From an uncultured Planctomycetales bacterium (GTDB lineage Bacteria; Omnitrophota; Gorgyraeia; Gygaellales; Profunditerraquicolaceae), in NCBI GenBank assembly GCA_964399915.1, contig CAYNRN010000003.1:2064-66063 (forward strand): DNA of 64,000 bases, in the 5' to 3' direction. The translations under genes were made by a program, and so were the position numbers. A model generated the notes under the pieces. The model was not told the DNA's origin. It made no database searches and worked only from the letters and a program-made list of their open reading frames with translations. How positions within the stretch are numbered: the stretch's first letter is position 1; every line of letters starts with the position of its first letter. Below, piece after piece: positions 9,021 to 19,367 of this stretch.

Positions 9021-11930
9021 ATGTTCGGATTTATAAAAAAACAACTTCTGCTGCAAAAACAGAATGCCATAAACAAGAAATATCCTTCGGTCAAGATGTC
9101 GTTGCACGCAGACCTGCCTAATCCGTCGGCAAATAAGATGGTTGAGCTTGCCGCTATCGTAGATAAAGTGAACGCTCTCGAACCTAAGATCAGTATGCTC
9201 TCCGACGCGCAGCTCAGGGGCAAGGCCGATGAATTCAGGCAGTTTGTACAGCGTAAGTCCCAGGAGTATAGCGGGCAGATAGAGGATTTAAGGGCCGCCC
9301 TGGAAGCAGCTGCGATCCAGGAGGAGAAGGACAGGATAAAAGATAAGTTGAAAGGCGCTACAAATAAAATTTTTGAGGATATCTTACCGGAGGCCTTTGC
9401 CGTAGTCAGAGAGGCGGCGAAGCGCTCGATTGGCATGAGGCATTTTGATGTACAGATTGCCGGCGGCATAGTCTTGCATGAGGGTAGAATCGCCGAAATG
9501 GCTACCGGTGAAGGCAAGACTTTAGTCGCTACCCTTCCGGCATACCTTAACGCGCTTTCCGGCAGGGGGGTGCATATAGTTACCGTTAACGATTACCTGG
9601 CGCGCAGGGATAGAGAATGGATGGGGCCGGCCTACGAGATGCTTGGCCTTACTGTCGGGGTAATCCAGCATGAGATGTCCGACGAAGAGAGGAGGATAGC
9701 TTATAACTGCGATATTACCTACGGCACTAATAACGAGTTTGGGTTTGATTACCTGCGCGACAATATGAAATACGATGTCCGGGACTTAGCGCAGCGGCCG
9801 TTTTCTTACGCTATCGTCGACGAAGTAGATTCGATTCTTATCGACGAGGCGCGTACGCCTTTAATCATCTCAGGCCCTGCCGAAGAATCCACAGATAAAT
9901 ATTATACCGTGGATAAAATCATTTCCCGGCTAAGCGTAAGAAAAATTCTCGAGAAAGAACAGATTGAGGCAAAATATAAAGGCGAAGACCTCTCAAAAGG
10001 ATTTGATGCCCTCGTTGATGAAAAGGCGCATACTGCCCATCTTACCGAAGAAGGGGAAACCAAGGCCTGCTCAATACTAGGCGTAGCCAGCCTCCATGAT
10101 ATTGAAACCATGGATTGGCGGCACCATATTATCCAGGCACTGCGCGCGCATCATCTCTATAAGAAAGATGTTGATTACGTAACCAAAGACGGGCAGGTTG
10201 TAATTGTGGACGAATTCACCGGAAGGATGATGCCGGGCAGGCGCTGGTCAGACGGTTTGCATCAGGCAGTAGAAGCAAAAGAAGGGTTAAAGATAGAGCG
10301 GGAAAATCAGACCCTGGCAACGGTTACCTTCCAGAATTACTTCAGGATGTACGAGAAGCTTGCCGGGATGACCGGAACCGCTTTCACCGAAGCAAACGAA
10401 TTCAAGGGGATTTATCAGCTTGACGTAGTAGCGATTCCCACCAACCAGCCGCTTGTGCGCACCAACTTCTCCGACTGCATCTATAAGACGGAAAAAGAAA
10501 AGTTTACTGCCGTAGTCGAAGAGATCGCTGAAATGCATAATGCCGGCAGGCCCGTGCTTGTCGGCACGATATCTATTGACAGGTCGGAACACCTCTCCGA
10601 GCTTTTGAAGAGGCGCGGTATACCTCACCAGGTGCTTAATGCCAAGTATCACGAGATGGAAGCGCAGATTGTCGCCCAGGCAGGGAGGTTTAAGGCCGTG
10701 ACTATCGCTACCAACATGGCAGGCAGGGGAACGGACATACTTTTAGGCGGTAATCCTGAATTTACGGCGCGCAGCGTAGCAAAGGCGGAGATCAAAGATG
10801 ATGATCCCGGATACGAAGAGAAATATAAAAAGATATTCGACGGGTTTAAGGCTCAGACGCAGGCCGAGCACGATAAAGTCGTTTCTCTGGGCGGGTTGCA
10901 TGTCTTAGGTACTGAGAGGCATGAGGCGCGCAGGATAGATAATCAGCTGCGCGGCCGCTGCGGCAGGCAGGGCGACCCGGGATCCTCAAGGTTTTACGTG
11001 GCGCTGGAAGATGACCTGATGCGTTTGTTCGGTTCGGATAAACTTGTGGGGGTGATGGATCGGCTGGGGTTGGAAGAGGGGCAGGTAATCGAACACCCCT
11101 GGGTTTCTAAATCCATAGAGATCGCCCAGAGGCGCGTAGAGCAGCATAATTTTGAGATCAGGAAACAACTCTTAGAATATGACAACGTGATGAATAAGCA
11201 GCGCGAAGTGATTTATGCTCGGCGCCGCCAGATACTTGCGGGAGAGTCATTAAAAGAGGATATTTTAGCCGCGGCGAGGAATTTGGCAGAAAGTTTAGTC
11301 AGCGAATATGCGCAGGATAACCTCCCGGCAGAAGAATGGAACTTTGCCGGTTTAGTTCAACAGGTCAAGCTGATCTTCGGAGTGGATTTAGGGGGCAGCT
11401 TATCCGGGATGAAGAATAAAGAAGAATTATGGCAGCTTATCGGCGCAAAGGCCGAAGAGTTCTACCGGCATAAAGAAGAGCAGCTCGGCAGCGACTTAAT
11501 GCGGCATATGGAGCGCATGGTTTTCCTGCAGGAGATAGATAGTAAATGGAAGGATCATCTTTACGCGATGGATAATCTGCGTGAGGGTATTGGTTTGCGC
11601 GCCTACGGCCAACGCGACCCGCTGGTCGAATACAAACGCGAAGCATATCAGATGTTCAGCCAGATGATCTCCGGCATTGAAGCAGAAGCAGTAGAGATGG
11701 TATTTAAACTGCAGCCCGCCCGCCCTGAAAGATTCAAAGGCGTATTCAGTTCTGTTTCTCAGCAGCTTCTGCATCCGCAAGCCAACACACCCGATATCTT
11801 AAGGCAGGAAGAGCCTTCGCAGGTGCCCGAAGTAAAACAAACCCCCCAGACCAGCGGTCCCAAGGTTGGACGTAATGACCCCTGTCCGTGCGGTTCCGGT
11901 AAAAAATATAAGAGATGTTGCGGAAGATAA
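9021..11930 (+). CDS. secA: Preprotein translocase subunit SecA
   Basis: [38 protein letters not shown]-terminal [18 protein letters not shown]. Confidence 0.99.
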   Translation: MFGFIKKQLLLQKQNAINKKYPSVKMSLHADLPNPSANKMVELAAIVDKVNALEPKISMLSDAQLRGKADEFRQFVQRKSQEYSGQIEDLRAALEAAAIQEEKDRIKDKLKGATNKIFEDILPEAFAVVREAAKRSIGMRHFDVQIAGGIVLHEGRIAEMATGEGKTLVATLPAYLNALSGRGVHIVTVNDYLARRDREWMGPAYEMLGLTVGVIQHEMSDEERRIAYNCDITYGTNNEFGFDYLRDNMKYDVRDLAQRPFSYAIVDEVDSILIDEARTPLIISGPAEESTDKYYTVDKIISRLSVRKILEKEQIEAKYKGEDLSKGFDALVDEKAHTAHLTEEGETKACSILGVASLHDIETMDWRHHIIQALRAHHLYKKDVDYVTKDGQVVIVDEFTGRMMPGRRWSDGLHQAVEAKEGLKIERENQTLATVTFQNYFRMYEKLAGMTGTAFTEANEFKGIYQLDVVAIPTNQPLVRTNFSDCIYKTEKEKFTAVVEEIAEMHNAGRPVLVGTISIDRSEHLSELLKRRGIPHQVLNAKYHEMEAQIVAQAGRFKAVTIATNMAGRGTDILLGGNPEFTARSVAKAEIKDDDPGYEEKYKKIFDGFKAQTQAEHDKVVSLGGLHVLGTERHEARRIDNQLRGRCGRQGDPGSSRFYVALEDDLMRLFGSDKLVGVMDRLGLEEGQVIEHPWVSKSIEIAQRRVEQHNFEIRKQLLEYDNVMNKQREVIYARRRQILAGESLKEDILAAARNLAESLVSEYAQDNLPAEEWNFAGLVQQVKLIFGVDLGGSLSGMKNKEELWQLIGAKAEEFYRHKEEQLGSDLMRHMERMVFLQEIDSKWKDHLYAMDNLREGIGLRAYGQRDPLVEYKREAYQMFSQMISGIEAEAVEMVFKLQPARPERFKGVFSSVSQQLLHPQANTPDILRQEEPSQVPEVKQTPQTSGPKVGRNDPCPCGSGKKYKRCCGR

Positions 11931-13429
11931 GAGAGCTGACAGCTCATAATTCAAAACTGACCGGACGGGATTTTATCTATGCTATCCTCTCCGGGATACT
12001 TTTAACCCTTGCTTTCCCCCAAGCGGACTTCTGGCCTTTGGCCTGGGTGGCGTTTGTTCCGCTCTTTTTCGCTGCTCATAATAAAAGCGCAGGCAAAGCA
12101 TTTTTGTTGGGATATATTACAGGGATCGTCTTCTGGGCAGGGACAATTTACTGGTTAATCAACGTTACCCTGCCGGGATTAGTAATATTAGTAATCTACT
12201 TAGCGTTTTTTTTAGCCATATTCGCGGCGATCTTTTCCATATTGGCGCGCCGGCAGCTTCCCTACATCTTCATGTTTGTTTCCTCGGCATGGGTCCTCTT
12301 GGAATATATCCGCAGCCACTTATTCACCGGCTTTCCCTGGGCGCTGTTGGCCTACTCTCAATATACCAACCTCGAGCTGATCCAGGCCGCTGATATCAAC
12401 GGAGTCTGGGGAATTTCTTTTATCGTGATGACCGGCAATATCGTAGCCTATAATTTAGTGCGCCGTAAGTTTAACAAAAGGCTGCTTGTGCCGCTGGCAT
12501 TTTTGCTGATTGTTTTGTCTTACGGGCATTACAAGATTAATCACTGGCAAAAAATGTTAAACGGCCCGTCGGTCAGAATCGCCGTAATCCAACCCAACAT
12601 AGCGCAGGCGCTCAAGTGGCAACCCGGTTTGGAAGGCTTTATTATGGACAGGCAGATTTCTTTGACTATGGTTTCCCTGAAGCATAACCCTGACCTGGTA
12701 ATCTGGCCTGAAGCGGCACTGCCTTCTGTATATGGCGAGGATGAGCGTTATTATGCTGAGGCAATTGATTTATCCGCAAAAATAAAAAAGCCCCTGCTTT
12801 TAGGTGCGGTAAATAAAAGAGGAGACGATTATTATAACAGCGCTGACCTTATTGACGCGCAGGGCAGGTTTATCCTGCGATATGACAAGCTTCATCTGGT
12901 CCCGTTCGGAGAGTATATTCCTTTAAGAGGGCTATTCCCCTTTCTGGAAGGCATAGTCCCGATTGCCGATTTTACCGCCGGTAGCGAGTATACCGTATTT
13001 TCGCTGAGGGAAGGACGATTCGCGGTTTTGATTTGCTTTGAAGACTTATTTCCCGAGCTGGCGCGCCAATTCAGCCGCAGGGGCGCTCAGTTTCTGGTGA
13101 ACATTACCAATGATGCCTGGTTCGGCAGAAGCAGCGCTGCCCGGCAGCATTTGGCAGCTTCGGTTTTCCGGGCAGTAGAAAACCGCACTTTTGTCGTGCG
13201 TGCGGCGAATACCGGAATCTCCGGTTTTATTTCTCCCTACGGAAAGATCTCTTCTTTGGTAAGCGATAGTTCCGGGAAAGATATTTTTATATCCGGTTAT
13301 GGCCTAAATGAAGTATTTTTGCCGCAGAAAAGCCCTACGGGATACCAGCGCCGCGGAGACATCGCAATTATTATTTGCATACTTCTATTAGTTTATGCTA
13401 TATTCTTGCTTCGCAGGGCTAGCCGATGA
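11915..13429 (+). CDS. lnt: Apolipoprotein N-acyltransferase
   Basis: [47 protein letters not shown]. Confidence 0.96.
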   Translation: MLRKIRELTAHNSKLTGRDFIYAILSGILLTLAFPQADFWPLAWVAFVPLFFAAHNKSAGKAFLLGYITGIVFWAGTIYWLINVTLPGLVILVIYLAFFLAIFAAIFSILARRQLPYIFMFVSSAWVLLEYIRSHLFTGFPWALLAYSQYTNLELIQAADINGVWGISFIVMTGNIVAYNLVRRKFNKRLLVPLAFLLIVLSYGHYKINHWQKMLNGPSVRIAVIQPNIAQALKWQPGLEGFIMDRQISLTMVSLKHNPDLVIWPEAALPSVYGEDERYYAEAIDLSAKIKKPLLLGAVNKRGDDYYNSADLIDAQGRFILRYDKLHLVPFGEYIPLRGLFPFLEGIVPIADFTAGSEYTVFSLREGRFAVLICFEDLFPELARQFSRRGAQFLVNITNDAWFGRSSAARQHLAASVFRAVENRTFVVRAANTGISGFISPYGKISSLVSDSSGKDIFISGYGLNEVFLPQKSPTGYQRRGDIAIIICILLLVYAIFLLRRASR

Positions 13430-13914
13430 AAAAAATATTCCCGCTTATCTTTGTAAGTTTCCTGATATTCGCCTCTCTAAGCCTTTATTTCCTGGATAAG
13501 CAGTATTTTATTTCTCCCATAGCTTATAAGTGGGATATGCTTATCCGTACGGATATCCGCGGAGACGGCGTATTCGGCGCCCCGCGTAACGGCAGCCGCC
13601 TACATCAGGGAGTTGACCTTTTAGCCAGGCTCGGCACGCCGGTCTTAGCTGCCCGTTCAGGAATAGTAGTTGCTGCCCGCTCCAGCCGCGGCATGGGTAA
13701 CTACGTAATTATCGCCCACCGCGGGGATATCAAAACTATCTACGGGCATCTTTTAAAGATTTCTGTAAGAGAAGGTAGTTTTGTACGGCAGGGGCAGCTA
13801 ATCGGTTTGGTAGGTAAGACCGGTAACGCCAATCACCGCGCGATAAAGCCGCATTTACATTTTGAAGTGCGCAAGTCGAATGTTCCCCAGGATCCGCTCC
13901 GGTATCTGGATTAG
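13426..13914 (+). CDS. M23 family metallopeptidase
   Basis: HQGVDL, YGHL, PHLHFEVR; N-terminal membrane anchor. Confidence 0.92.
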   Translation: MKKIFPLIFVSFLIFASLSLYFLDKQYFISPIAYKWDMLIRTDIRGDGVFGAPRNGSRLHQGVDLLARLGTPVLAARSGIVVAARSSRGMGNYVIIAHRGDIKTIYGHLLKISVREGSFVRQGQLIGLVGKTGNANHRAIKPHLHFEVRKSNVPQDPLRYLD

Positions 13915-14804
13915 CCGATTTTTTCCTTAGGCTCGATATGCACGATTACGTCGTTAGCCTGCGGGATCCCTTTCTTAATCGCCTCTTCGATTTCATAACT
14001 TATCTTATGCGCTTTATCGACATGCATATCCGGATTGACCTGGACATGCAGGTCGATATGAATATCGTCCGGCCGGCCGCGCGTCCTGATTTTATGGCAG
14101 GCCTTTACCCCCCTGACTGCCAATACGATTCTGACAATCTCGTTTGGGTCGGTGATTATTGTGCTATCGCAGAGTACGCGCGAAGCTTCTTTAGTGATGC
14201 GGATTCCGCTGTAGGCGATAAAGCAGGAAATCAAGATAGTGATGATCGGGTCAATTAGGGGATACCCTATTTTTATCACTACTAGCGCTGCGATAACCGA
14301 GAGGCTGGTGAGAATATCGGCGCGGGTGTGCAGAGAATCAGAAACCAGTATATCGCTTTGCAGGGCTTTGCCTTTTGCGTATTCATATCTGGCAACCGCG
14401 ATATTCACCGCCAGGGTAGAAAACATAACCGCAAAACTAAAAATATCGACGCGGGGTAAACTTGCGCCATGCAGGCGGTTGATGCCTTCTTTTGCCAGGT
14501 TAAACGCTACAATAAAAAGAAGAAACGCTATCCCTAAGGAATAGAGAGTTTCATATTTGCGGTGGCCGTAAGGGTGGTCTGAATCTGTGGGTTGAGCGGC
14601 AAGCCGGATGCCTACTAATCCGATGATATTGGAGGCGCCATCGGAAAGAGAGTGGAAACCGTCGGCAGTGATGCTTGAGCAGTTGCTGAATAATCCATAG
14701 ATGATCTTAGCAAATGCAATTGCCCAGTTAAGCGCCAGTATTGCTATGAGGATTCTTTTTATCCTGAGGTAATGGTTTTTTAAGCCGAGCGGTTCCAGTT
14801 CCAT
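13911..14804 (-). CDS. Cation diffusion facilitator (FieF-like) transporter
   Basis: ADGFHSLSD, DHPYGH, SLHTRAD, C-terminal VHIEP. Confidence 0.95.
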   Translation of the reverse strand: MELEPLGLKNHYLRIKRILIAILALNWAIAFAKIIYGLFSNCSSITADGFHSLSDGASNIIGLVGIRLAAQPTDSDHPYGHRKYETLYSLGIAFLLFIVAFNLAKEGINRLHGASLPRVDIFSFAVMFSTLAVNIAVARYEYAKGKALQSDILVSDSLHTRADILTSLSVIAALVVIKIGYPLIDPIITILISCFIAYSGIRITKEASRVLCDSTIITDPNEIVRIVLAVRGVKACHKIRTRGRPDDIHIDLHVQVNPDMHVDKAHKISYEIEEAIKKGIPQANDVIVHIEPKEKIG

Positions 14805-14810
14805 AAGGTT

Positions 14811-14879
14811 ATTATATAACTAAATATAATTAGGTCAAGGCTAAGGATGCTTGATTCGGCAATCCTAGTGTGATAGAAT
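14811..14879. promoter_or_regulatory. Divergent sigma70 promoters
   Basis: Minus: TTGACC(14838-14833)-16-TATAAT(14816-14811), 6 nt before ATG. Plus: TTGATT(14851)-17-TAGAAT(14874), 10 nt before ATG. Confidence 0.65.
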
Positions 14880-14889
14880 ACGCTTAATT

Positions 14890-16299
14890 ATGAGAAATAA
14901 AATTATTTTTTCATTTTATTTTTTATGCCTAAGCTTTGTATTGTGCGTTAGTGCTTACGCTTCTGACGGCAGCGTTATCAGACAGCTTGAGCCTTTTAAT
15001 CGGCATGACCGGATTCTCATCCTGGCGCCCCATCCCGACGACGAAACTATCGGCTGCGCGGGGATTATCCAGAAGGCCCGCGCTGCCAAAGCCAGGATAA
15101 AGGTAGTCTATCTGACTAACGGCGACCATAATGAATTCGCTTTTATCGTCTACGAAAAAAGGATGACCTTTAGAAAAGGCGAATTTCTTTATATGGGCGA
15201 GGTGCGTAAACAGGAATCCCGCAGGGCAATGGATTTCTTAGGCCTTAAGGATAAAGGCCTTGTTTTTCTAGGCTACCCGGACTTCGGGACGTTTACGATG
15301 TTCCGCCGTTATTGGCAGCAGAAGAGGCCGTTTCGCACTCTCTTGACCCGCGTCCAGAAGGTCCCCTATAAAGACAGCCCGTCGTTTGATGCCTCTTATT
15401 CTTCGGAGAATATCCTTGAGGATTTAAAAAGGCAGGTCTTAAGTTTTAGGCCGAATAAGATTTTTGTTTCGCATCCGGCAGATGTCAATTCCGACCATAA
15501 GTCGTTTTATCTCTTCCTTGAAGTTGCTCTGGCTGACCTGCGGTTTTTTATGCGCCGGCCAAAAGTCTATCCGTATCTTATTCATCATTCAGGCTGGCCA
15601 TTGCCGCGCCATTATCACCCTGATTTAATCCTGACTCCGCCGGAAAGATTTCAAAACTCTTCCATATCCTGGGTTCAGGCCGGGCTTAACAGGGAAGAGA
15701 CAGAGAATAAAGCCAATGCTACGCTTTGTTACAGGAGCCAGACTGCTTCCAGCGCGTTTTACCTCTTAGCTTTTGCCAGAGAGAACGAGTTATTCGGTGA
15801 TTATCCGGAATTGGACTTGAGGCCGAAGATTTCTGAATCGTTGCCTGAGATTTCAGCGACGTCGGTAATTAACCTTTTCCGCGGCATAAACGATTATTAT
15901 GCCGGGAGGTCTCAGCGCTATAAAGCGCAGGCAGAAGATAAGGCGCAGGGAGTATATTCCCTGAAGGACGGGGCTCTTTTAATCAGCATAAAAAAAGCAG
16001 GCGGGTTAGGCATCAATTCCAGCGTCAGAATTTATCTCTTCGGTTATAATTACGGCACGCCCTTTGCCTATATGCCGAAGGTCTGCATTATTGCCCAAGG
16101 CAGTAATTTTAAGGCATTCGATAAGAATAAGGTAATCCGCCCGCCGGGAATAATCTTGACCAGGACGCGCGATGAAATGCTTTTGAAGATTCCCCTGGAA
16201 GTGCTGGGTGAGCCGGATTTTGTAATTGCCCAGATCCAGGGGCATGCCGCGGTTTTGCCGGCGGATGTTACGGGTTTCAGGAAAATCCTGATCAGGTAA
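14890..16299 (+). CDS. Exported PIG-L/LmbE family deacetylase with C-terminal extension
   Basis: Signal peptide, APHPDDE, TNGD, FLGYPD, NSDH, YRSQ. Confidence 0.85.
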   Translation: MRNKIIFSFYFLCLSFVLCVSAYASDGSVIRQLEPFNRHDRILILAPHPDDETIGCAGIIQKARAAKARIKVVYLTNGDHNEFAFIVYEKRMTFRKGEFLYMGEVRKQESRRAMDFLGLKDKGLVFLGYPDFGTFTMFRRYWQQKRPFRTLLTRVQKVPYKDSPSFDASYSSENILEDLKRQVLSFRPNKIFVSHPADVNSDHKSFYLFLEVALADLRFFMRRPKVYPYLIHHSGWPLPRHYHPDLILTPPERFQNSSISWVQAGLNREETENKANATLCYRSQTASSAFYLLAFARENELFGDYPELDLRPKISESLPEISATSVINLFRGINDYYAGRSQRYKAQAEDKAQGVYSLKDGALLISIKKAGGLGINSSVRIYLFGYNYGTPFAYMPKVCIIAQGSNFKAFDKNKVIRPPGIILTRTRDEMLLKIPLEVLGEPDFVIAQIQGHAAVLPADVTGFRKILIR

Positions 16300-16421
16300 A
16301 TGAAGGCGAGACTTACGGAGCGAAGCGAACGTAAGTCTCTGCCTGAATTTATCCCGCACCCAGATAAGGAATGAGCCTGAATCATTGTTGTATTCTGGGT
16401 GCGGGATTCAATTCGCAGGCG
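16300..16421. repeat. Two adjacent or nested REP-like hairpins
   Basis: AGGCGAGACTTACG/CGTAAGTCTCTGCCT around a GAGCGAAGCGAA loop (16304-16344); perfect IR ATCCCGCACCCAGA/TCTGGGTGCGGGAT (16351-16407). Confidence 0.8.
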
Positions 16422-16451
16422 CTTGAATAGACAACTGAAACGATGAACGCT

Positions 16452-16484
16452 ATAATACTTGACATTGAAAATGTCAAGTATTAT
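16452..16484. promoter_or_regulatory. Perfect 15-3-15 palindrome, probable operator containing a -35 element
   Basis: ATAATACTTGACATT-gaa-AATGTCAAGTATTAT. Confidence 0.65.
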
Positions 16485-16507
16485 CTGCTCATTGAAGGAG
16501 GCAAAAG

Positions 16508-16990
16508 ATGGAATTTAAATCTGTGAAGATAAATAAACCGGATGATGTCAATTTGATCCTGGGGCAGAGCCATTTTATCAAGACCGTCGAAGATATATAC
16601 GAGGCAATGGTGAACAATGTCCCGGGTATAAAATTCGGCCTGGCGTTTGCGGAGTCCTCCGGCGCCTGCAAGGTAAGGTCTGAGGGTAATGATGCCGAGC
16701 TTAAAAGATTGGCGCAGGATAATGCCCTGGAGATAGGGGCAGGACATAGCTTTATCATCTTTATGAGGAATGGGTTTCCGATTAATGTTTTAAACGCGAT
16801 AAAGGCGGTTCCCGAAGTCTGTACGGTTTATTGCGCTACCGCCAATTCGGTGGAGGTAATCATCGCCGAAAGCGGTTCCGGCAGAGGGATAATGGGAGTG
16901 ATTGATGGAGCAAGGCCGTCCGGCAGGGAAGAGCAGCAGGATATTGCCTGGCGTAAGGATTTCCTGCGTAAGACCGGTTATAAGTTGTAA
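16508..16990 (+). CDS. Adenosine-specific kinase / DUF355 family protein
   Basis: NLILGQSHFIKTVEDIYE, FGLAFAESSG, GAGHSF, FPINVLN, YCATAN, GRGIMGVIDG. Confidence 0.88.
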   Translation: MEFKSVKINKPDDVNLILGQSHFIKTVEDIYEAMVNNVPGIKFGLAFAESSGACKVRSEGNDAELKRLAQDNALEIGAGHSFIIFMRNGFPINVLNAIKAVPEVCTVYCATANSVEVIIAESGSGRGIMGVIDGARPSGREEQQDIAWRKDFLRKTGYKL

Positions 16991-17039
16991 TTTTTTCTTG
17001 AAAAAGCAGGCTGATTTGTTATAATTCTCCGAGGGGATA

Positions 17040-17951
17040 ATGGATTTTAAAGCCATACGTAAAAAGACCGGGCGTTTTTTCGCCTGGGCGAGTTTGAATA
17101 TCAGTTCTTTGATTATTAGGGTATTGCCGGAACGTTGGCTGTATGGGTTTGCCAATCTGATTGCCGCAATCGGTTACCGCATTGCCGCTAAACAGCGCAG
17201 GATTGCGATGGAGAGCCTGGAAATAGCTTTTACCGGGGAGAAATCGGCTGAAGAAAAGAAGCGGATTGCCAGGGACTGCGTTACTTTTATGGCAAAGGGA
17301 GCGGTAGAATTGATGTTCTTGTTGGACCGGCCAGCCGCCCTGAGAGAGAGCGTGCATATTGAGGGCAGGGAGATTCTTGATACTGCATTAGCCCGCGGCA
17401 AGGGCGTGATCCTGGTAAGCGCCCACTTTGGAAATTTTCCTTTGATGATGGCGCGTATCGGCCTAGAAGGGTACAAGATATCCGGAATAATGCGGGCGAT
17501 GCGCGATGAAAGGGTTGAAAGATTCTTCTTTGGAAAACGCAGCCGTTTCAATATCAAGACGATTTACACCCAGCCGCGTAAGGCATGCGTGGAAGAATCC
17601 ATACGCGTATTAAGGGATAACGGCGCGCTCTTTATCCCGATAGACCAGAATTTCGGCACCGGGGGGGTATTTGTAGATTTTTTCGGCCATCAGGCGGCAA
17701 CTGCTACCGGGCCGGTAGTTTTAGCCAGGCGCACCCAGGCGGCGCTGATCCCCTGCTTTATCATCAGGCAGCCTGATGATACGCACCGGATCGTCTTTGA
17801 GCCGCCGATTGATATAAAAGAGGGCGCCAGCGACGAAGAGACAATAATTATTAATATCCAGAGGCTTACCGATATTATCGAGTCATATATCAGGCGTTAT
17901 CCGGCGCAGTGGGGGTGGATTCACCGCCGATGGAAGACAAAACCAAGTTAA
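17040..17951 (+). CDS. Lipid A biosynthesis acyltransferase (LpxL/HtrB family)
   Basis: SAHFGNF, DQN..GVFVDFFG, YPAQWGWIHRRWK; TTGAAA-17-TATAAT promoter upstream. Confidence 0.9.
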   Translation: MDFKAIRKKTGRFFAWASLNISSLIIRVLPERWLYGFANLIAAIGYRIAAKQRRIAMESLEIAFTGEKSAEEKKRIARDCVTFMAKGAVELMFLLDRPAALRESVHIEGREILDTALARGKGVILVSAHFGNFPLMMARIGLEGYKISGIMRAMRDERVERFFFGKRSRFNIKTIYTQPRKACVEESIRVLRDNGALFIPIDQNFGTGGVFVDFFGHQAATATGPVVLARRTQAALIPCFIIRQPDDTHRIVFEPPIDIKEGASDEETIIINIQRLTDIIESYIRRYPAQWGWIHRRWKTKPS

Positions 17952-17963
17952 GGAGGTGTAGCA

Positions 17964-18176
17964 ATGGCAGAAGAGATTAAACAGGAAGAGAAGAAGTGTT
18001 CGGCTGCGAAAGCTTCTTCAGCAGTGATCAAGGTGGTCCTGGGGCTGGTATTTTTGGCTTTAGGCGCTCTGGCGATCATTAGCTGGTGGGGCGACCTTAT
18101 TATGGTAATAAAGGGATGCCTTGGGCCGTTCTTGCTTTTAGCCGGCGTGATTACTCTGGCAATAGCTAAAGAATAG
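17964..18176 (+). CDS. Small 2-TM hypothetical membrane protein
   Basis: AAGGAGG SD, two hydrophobic segments. Confidence 0.75.
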   Translation: MAEEIKQEEKKCSAAKASSAVIKVVLGLVFLALGALAIISWWGDLIMVIKGCLGPFLLLAGVITLAIAKE

Positions 18177-18192
18177 GCGGTTTCCAATACAG

Positions 18193-18243
18193 TTAGGAAT
18201 ACGGGGCTAGTCAGGTTGCACCGACTGCCCCCGTATTTTCTAA
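18193..18243 (+). terminator. Stem-loop, probable terminator
   Basis: AATACGGGG...CCCCGTATT with inner AGTC/GACT stem and a short T tract. Confidence 0.5.
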
Positions 18244-18330
18244 TAGCCGGGTGGTGAGTTTTCGGGTATAATACTACAATATATTTCATTGCTAAAGGGT
18301 AATTAGGTAAGTTATAAGAAAGGGGAGGAT

Positions 18331-18894
18331 ATGGAGGCAATATTAAGGAAAGAGGTCATTTCAGGCAGGATTGCCGTACGCTTAACCGGGTTGTCGGTAT
18401 TCATTGTATTGACTACCTTGGGTGCTTTTGTGCGCATACCTCTGCCTTTTAGCCCGGTTCCGGTTACCCTGCAGACATTCTTTGTCCTCCTGGCAGGGGC
18501 AAGTCTCGGCAGCGGGCTGGGAGCGCTTTCTCAGGCAGGATACATGTTATTAGGCGCTGCCGGAGTAACGGTTTTTACCGGAGCAGGCAGCGGCCTGCTT
18601 TATCTTAGCGGCCCTACCGGCGGGTATCTGGCAGGATTCATTGCCGCAAGTTTTTTCATCGGCTGTTTCATCGGGCGCGCAAAGAATTTAATTTCTGTCT
18701 TTGCATTATTCTGCCTGGCTTCGGCGACTATATTGGCCTGCGGCGTGCTTTGGTTGAAAGTGGTCCTGGGGTATTCGTTTCTTAAGCTGATGCTGATTGG
18801 ATTCCTGCCTTTTGTTCCCGGCGATATGCTTAAGGCGCTGTTTGCCGCTGCGATTTACATGAAACTGCGTACTCGCCTTAAGGAAATTTTTTAA
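18331..18894 (+). CDS. bioY: Biotin transporter BioY
   Basis: PFSPVPVTLQTFFVLLAG, GPTGGYLAGF, PFVPGD. Confidence 0.95.
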   Translation: MEAILRKEVISGRIAVRLTGLSVFIVLTTLGAFVRIPLPFSPVPVTLQTFFVLLAGASLGSGLGALSQAGYMLLGAAGVTVFTGAGSGLLYLSGPTGGYLAGFIAASFFIGCFIGRAKNLISVFALFCLASATILACGVLWLKVVLGYSFLKLMLIGFLPFVPGDMLKALFAAAIYMKLRTRLKEIF

Positions 18895-18917
18895 ACTCCG
18901 CTTAAAAGGAGAGCTCT

Positions 18918-19367
18918 ATGAAGATAAAAGAGATTATGCGCAGGGATGTGGTCAGCGTTAAGCCCGATGATATTGCTTCAGGCGCTCTGGAGATGTTATT
19001 CAAGATGAGGATCAGCGGGTTGCCGGTCATAGACTCAGAGGGAAAACTTGTAGGGATGTTTACTGAGAAGGGGGTTTTGAGGTTTATCCTGCCCAGCTAT
19101 GTTGAAAAGGTCGGCAGGTTCATCTACGAAGAAAACCCAAAATCTACGAAGAAGAAATTCCACGACTTAAATAACGCTAAGGTTTCGCAGCTGATGCGTA
19201 AGGAGGTGGTGACTGCTTCCCAAGAGATTACCCTTTGTGAAGCAGCCAGAATTATGCTTACCCAGCATGCCCGGCGCCTGCCGGTAGTGGATGCTTCCTT
19301 AAAGGTAGTGGGCATCGTTGCCAGAGAGGATATACTTAAGGCACTGGCTAAGGAGGCGCAGGTTTAA
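18918..19367 (+). CDS. CBS-domain pair protein
   Basis: ISGLPVID..GKLVG, RRLPVVD..VVGIV; coupled to the downstream permease. Confidence 0.92.
   Translation: MKIKEIMRRDVVSVKPDDIASGALEMLFKMRISGLPVIDSEGKLVGMFTEKGVLRFILPSYVEKVGRFIYEENPKSTKKKFHDLNNAKVSQLMRKEVVTASQEITLCEAARIMLTQHARRLPVVDASLKVVGIVAREDILKALAKEAQV

Noticed and set aside
18244-18330. BirA operator upstream of bioY
   Set aside because: No convincing TGTnAAC-N14-16-GTTnACA dyad
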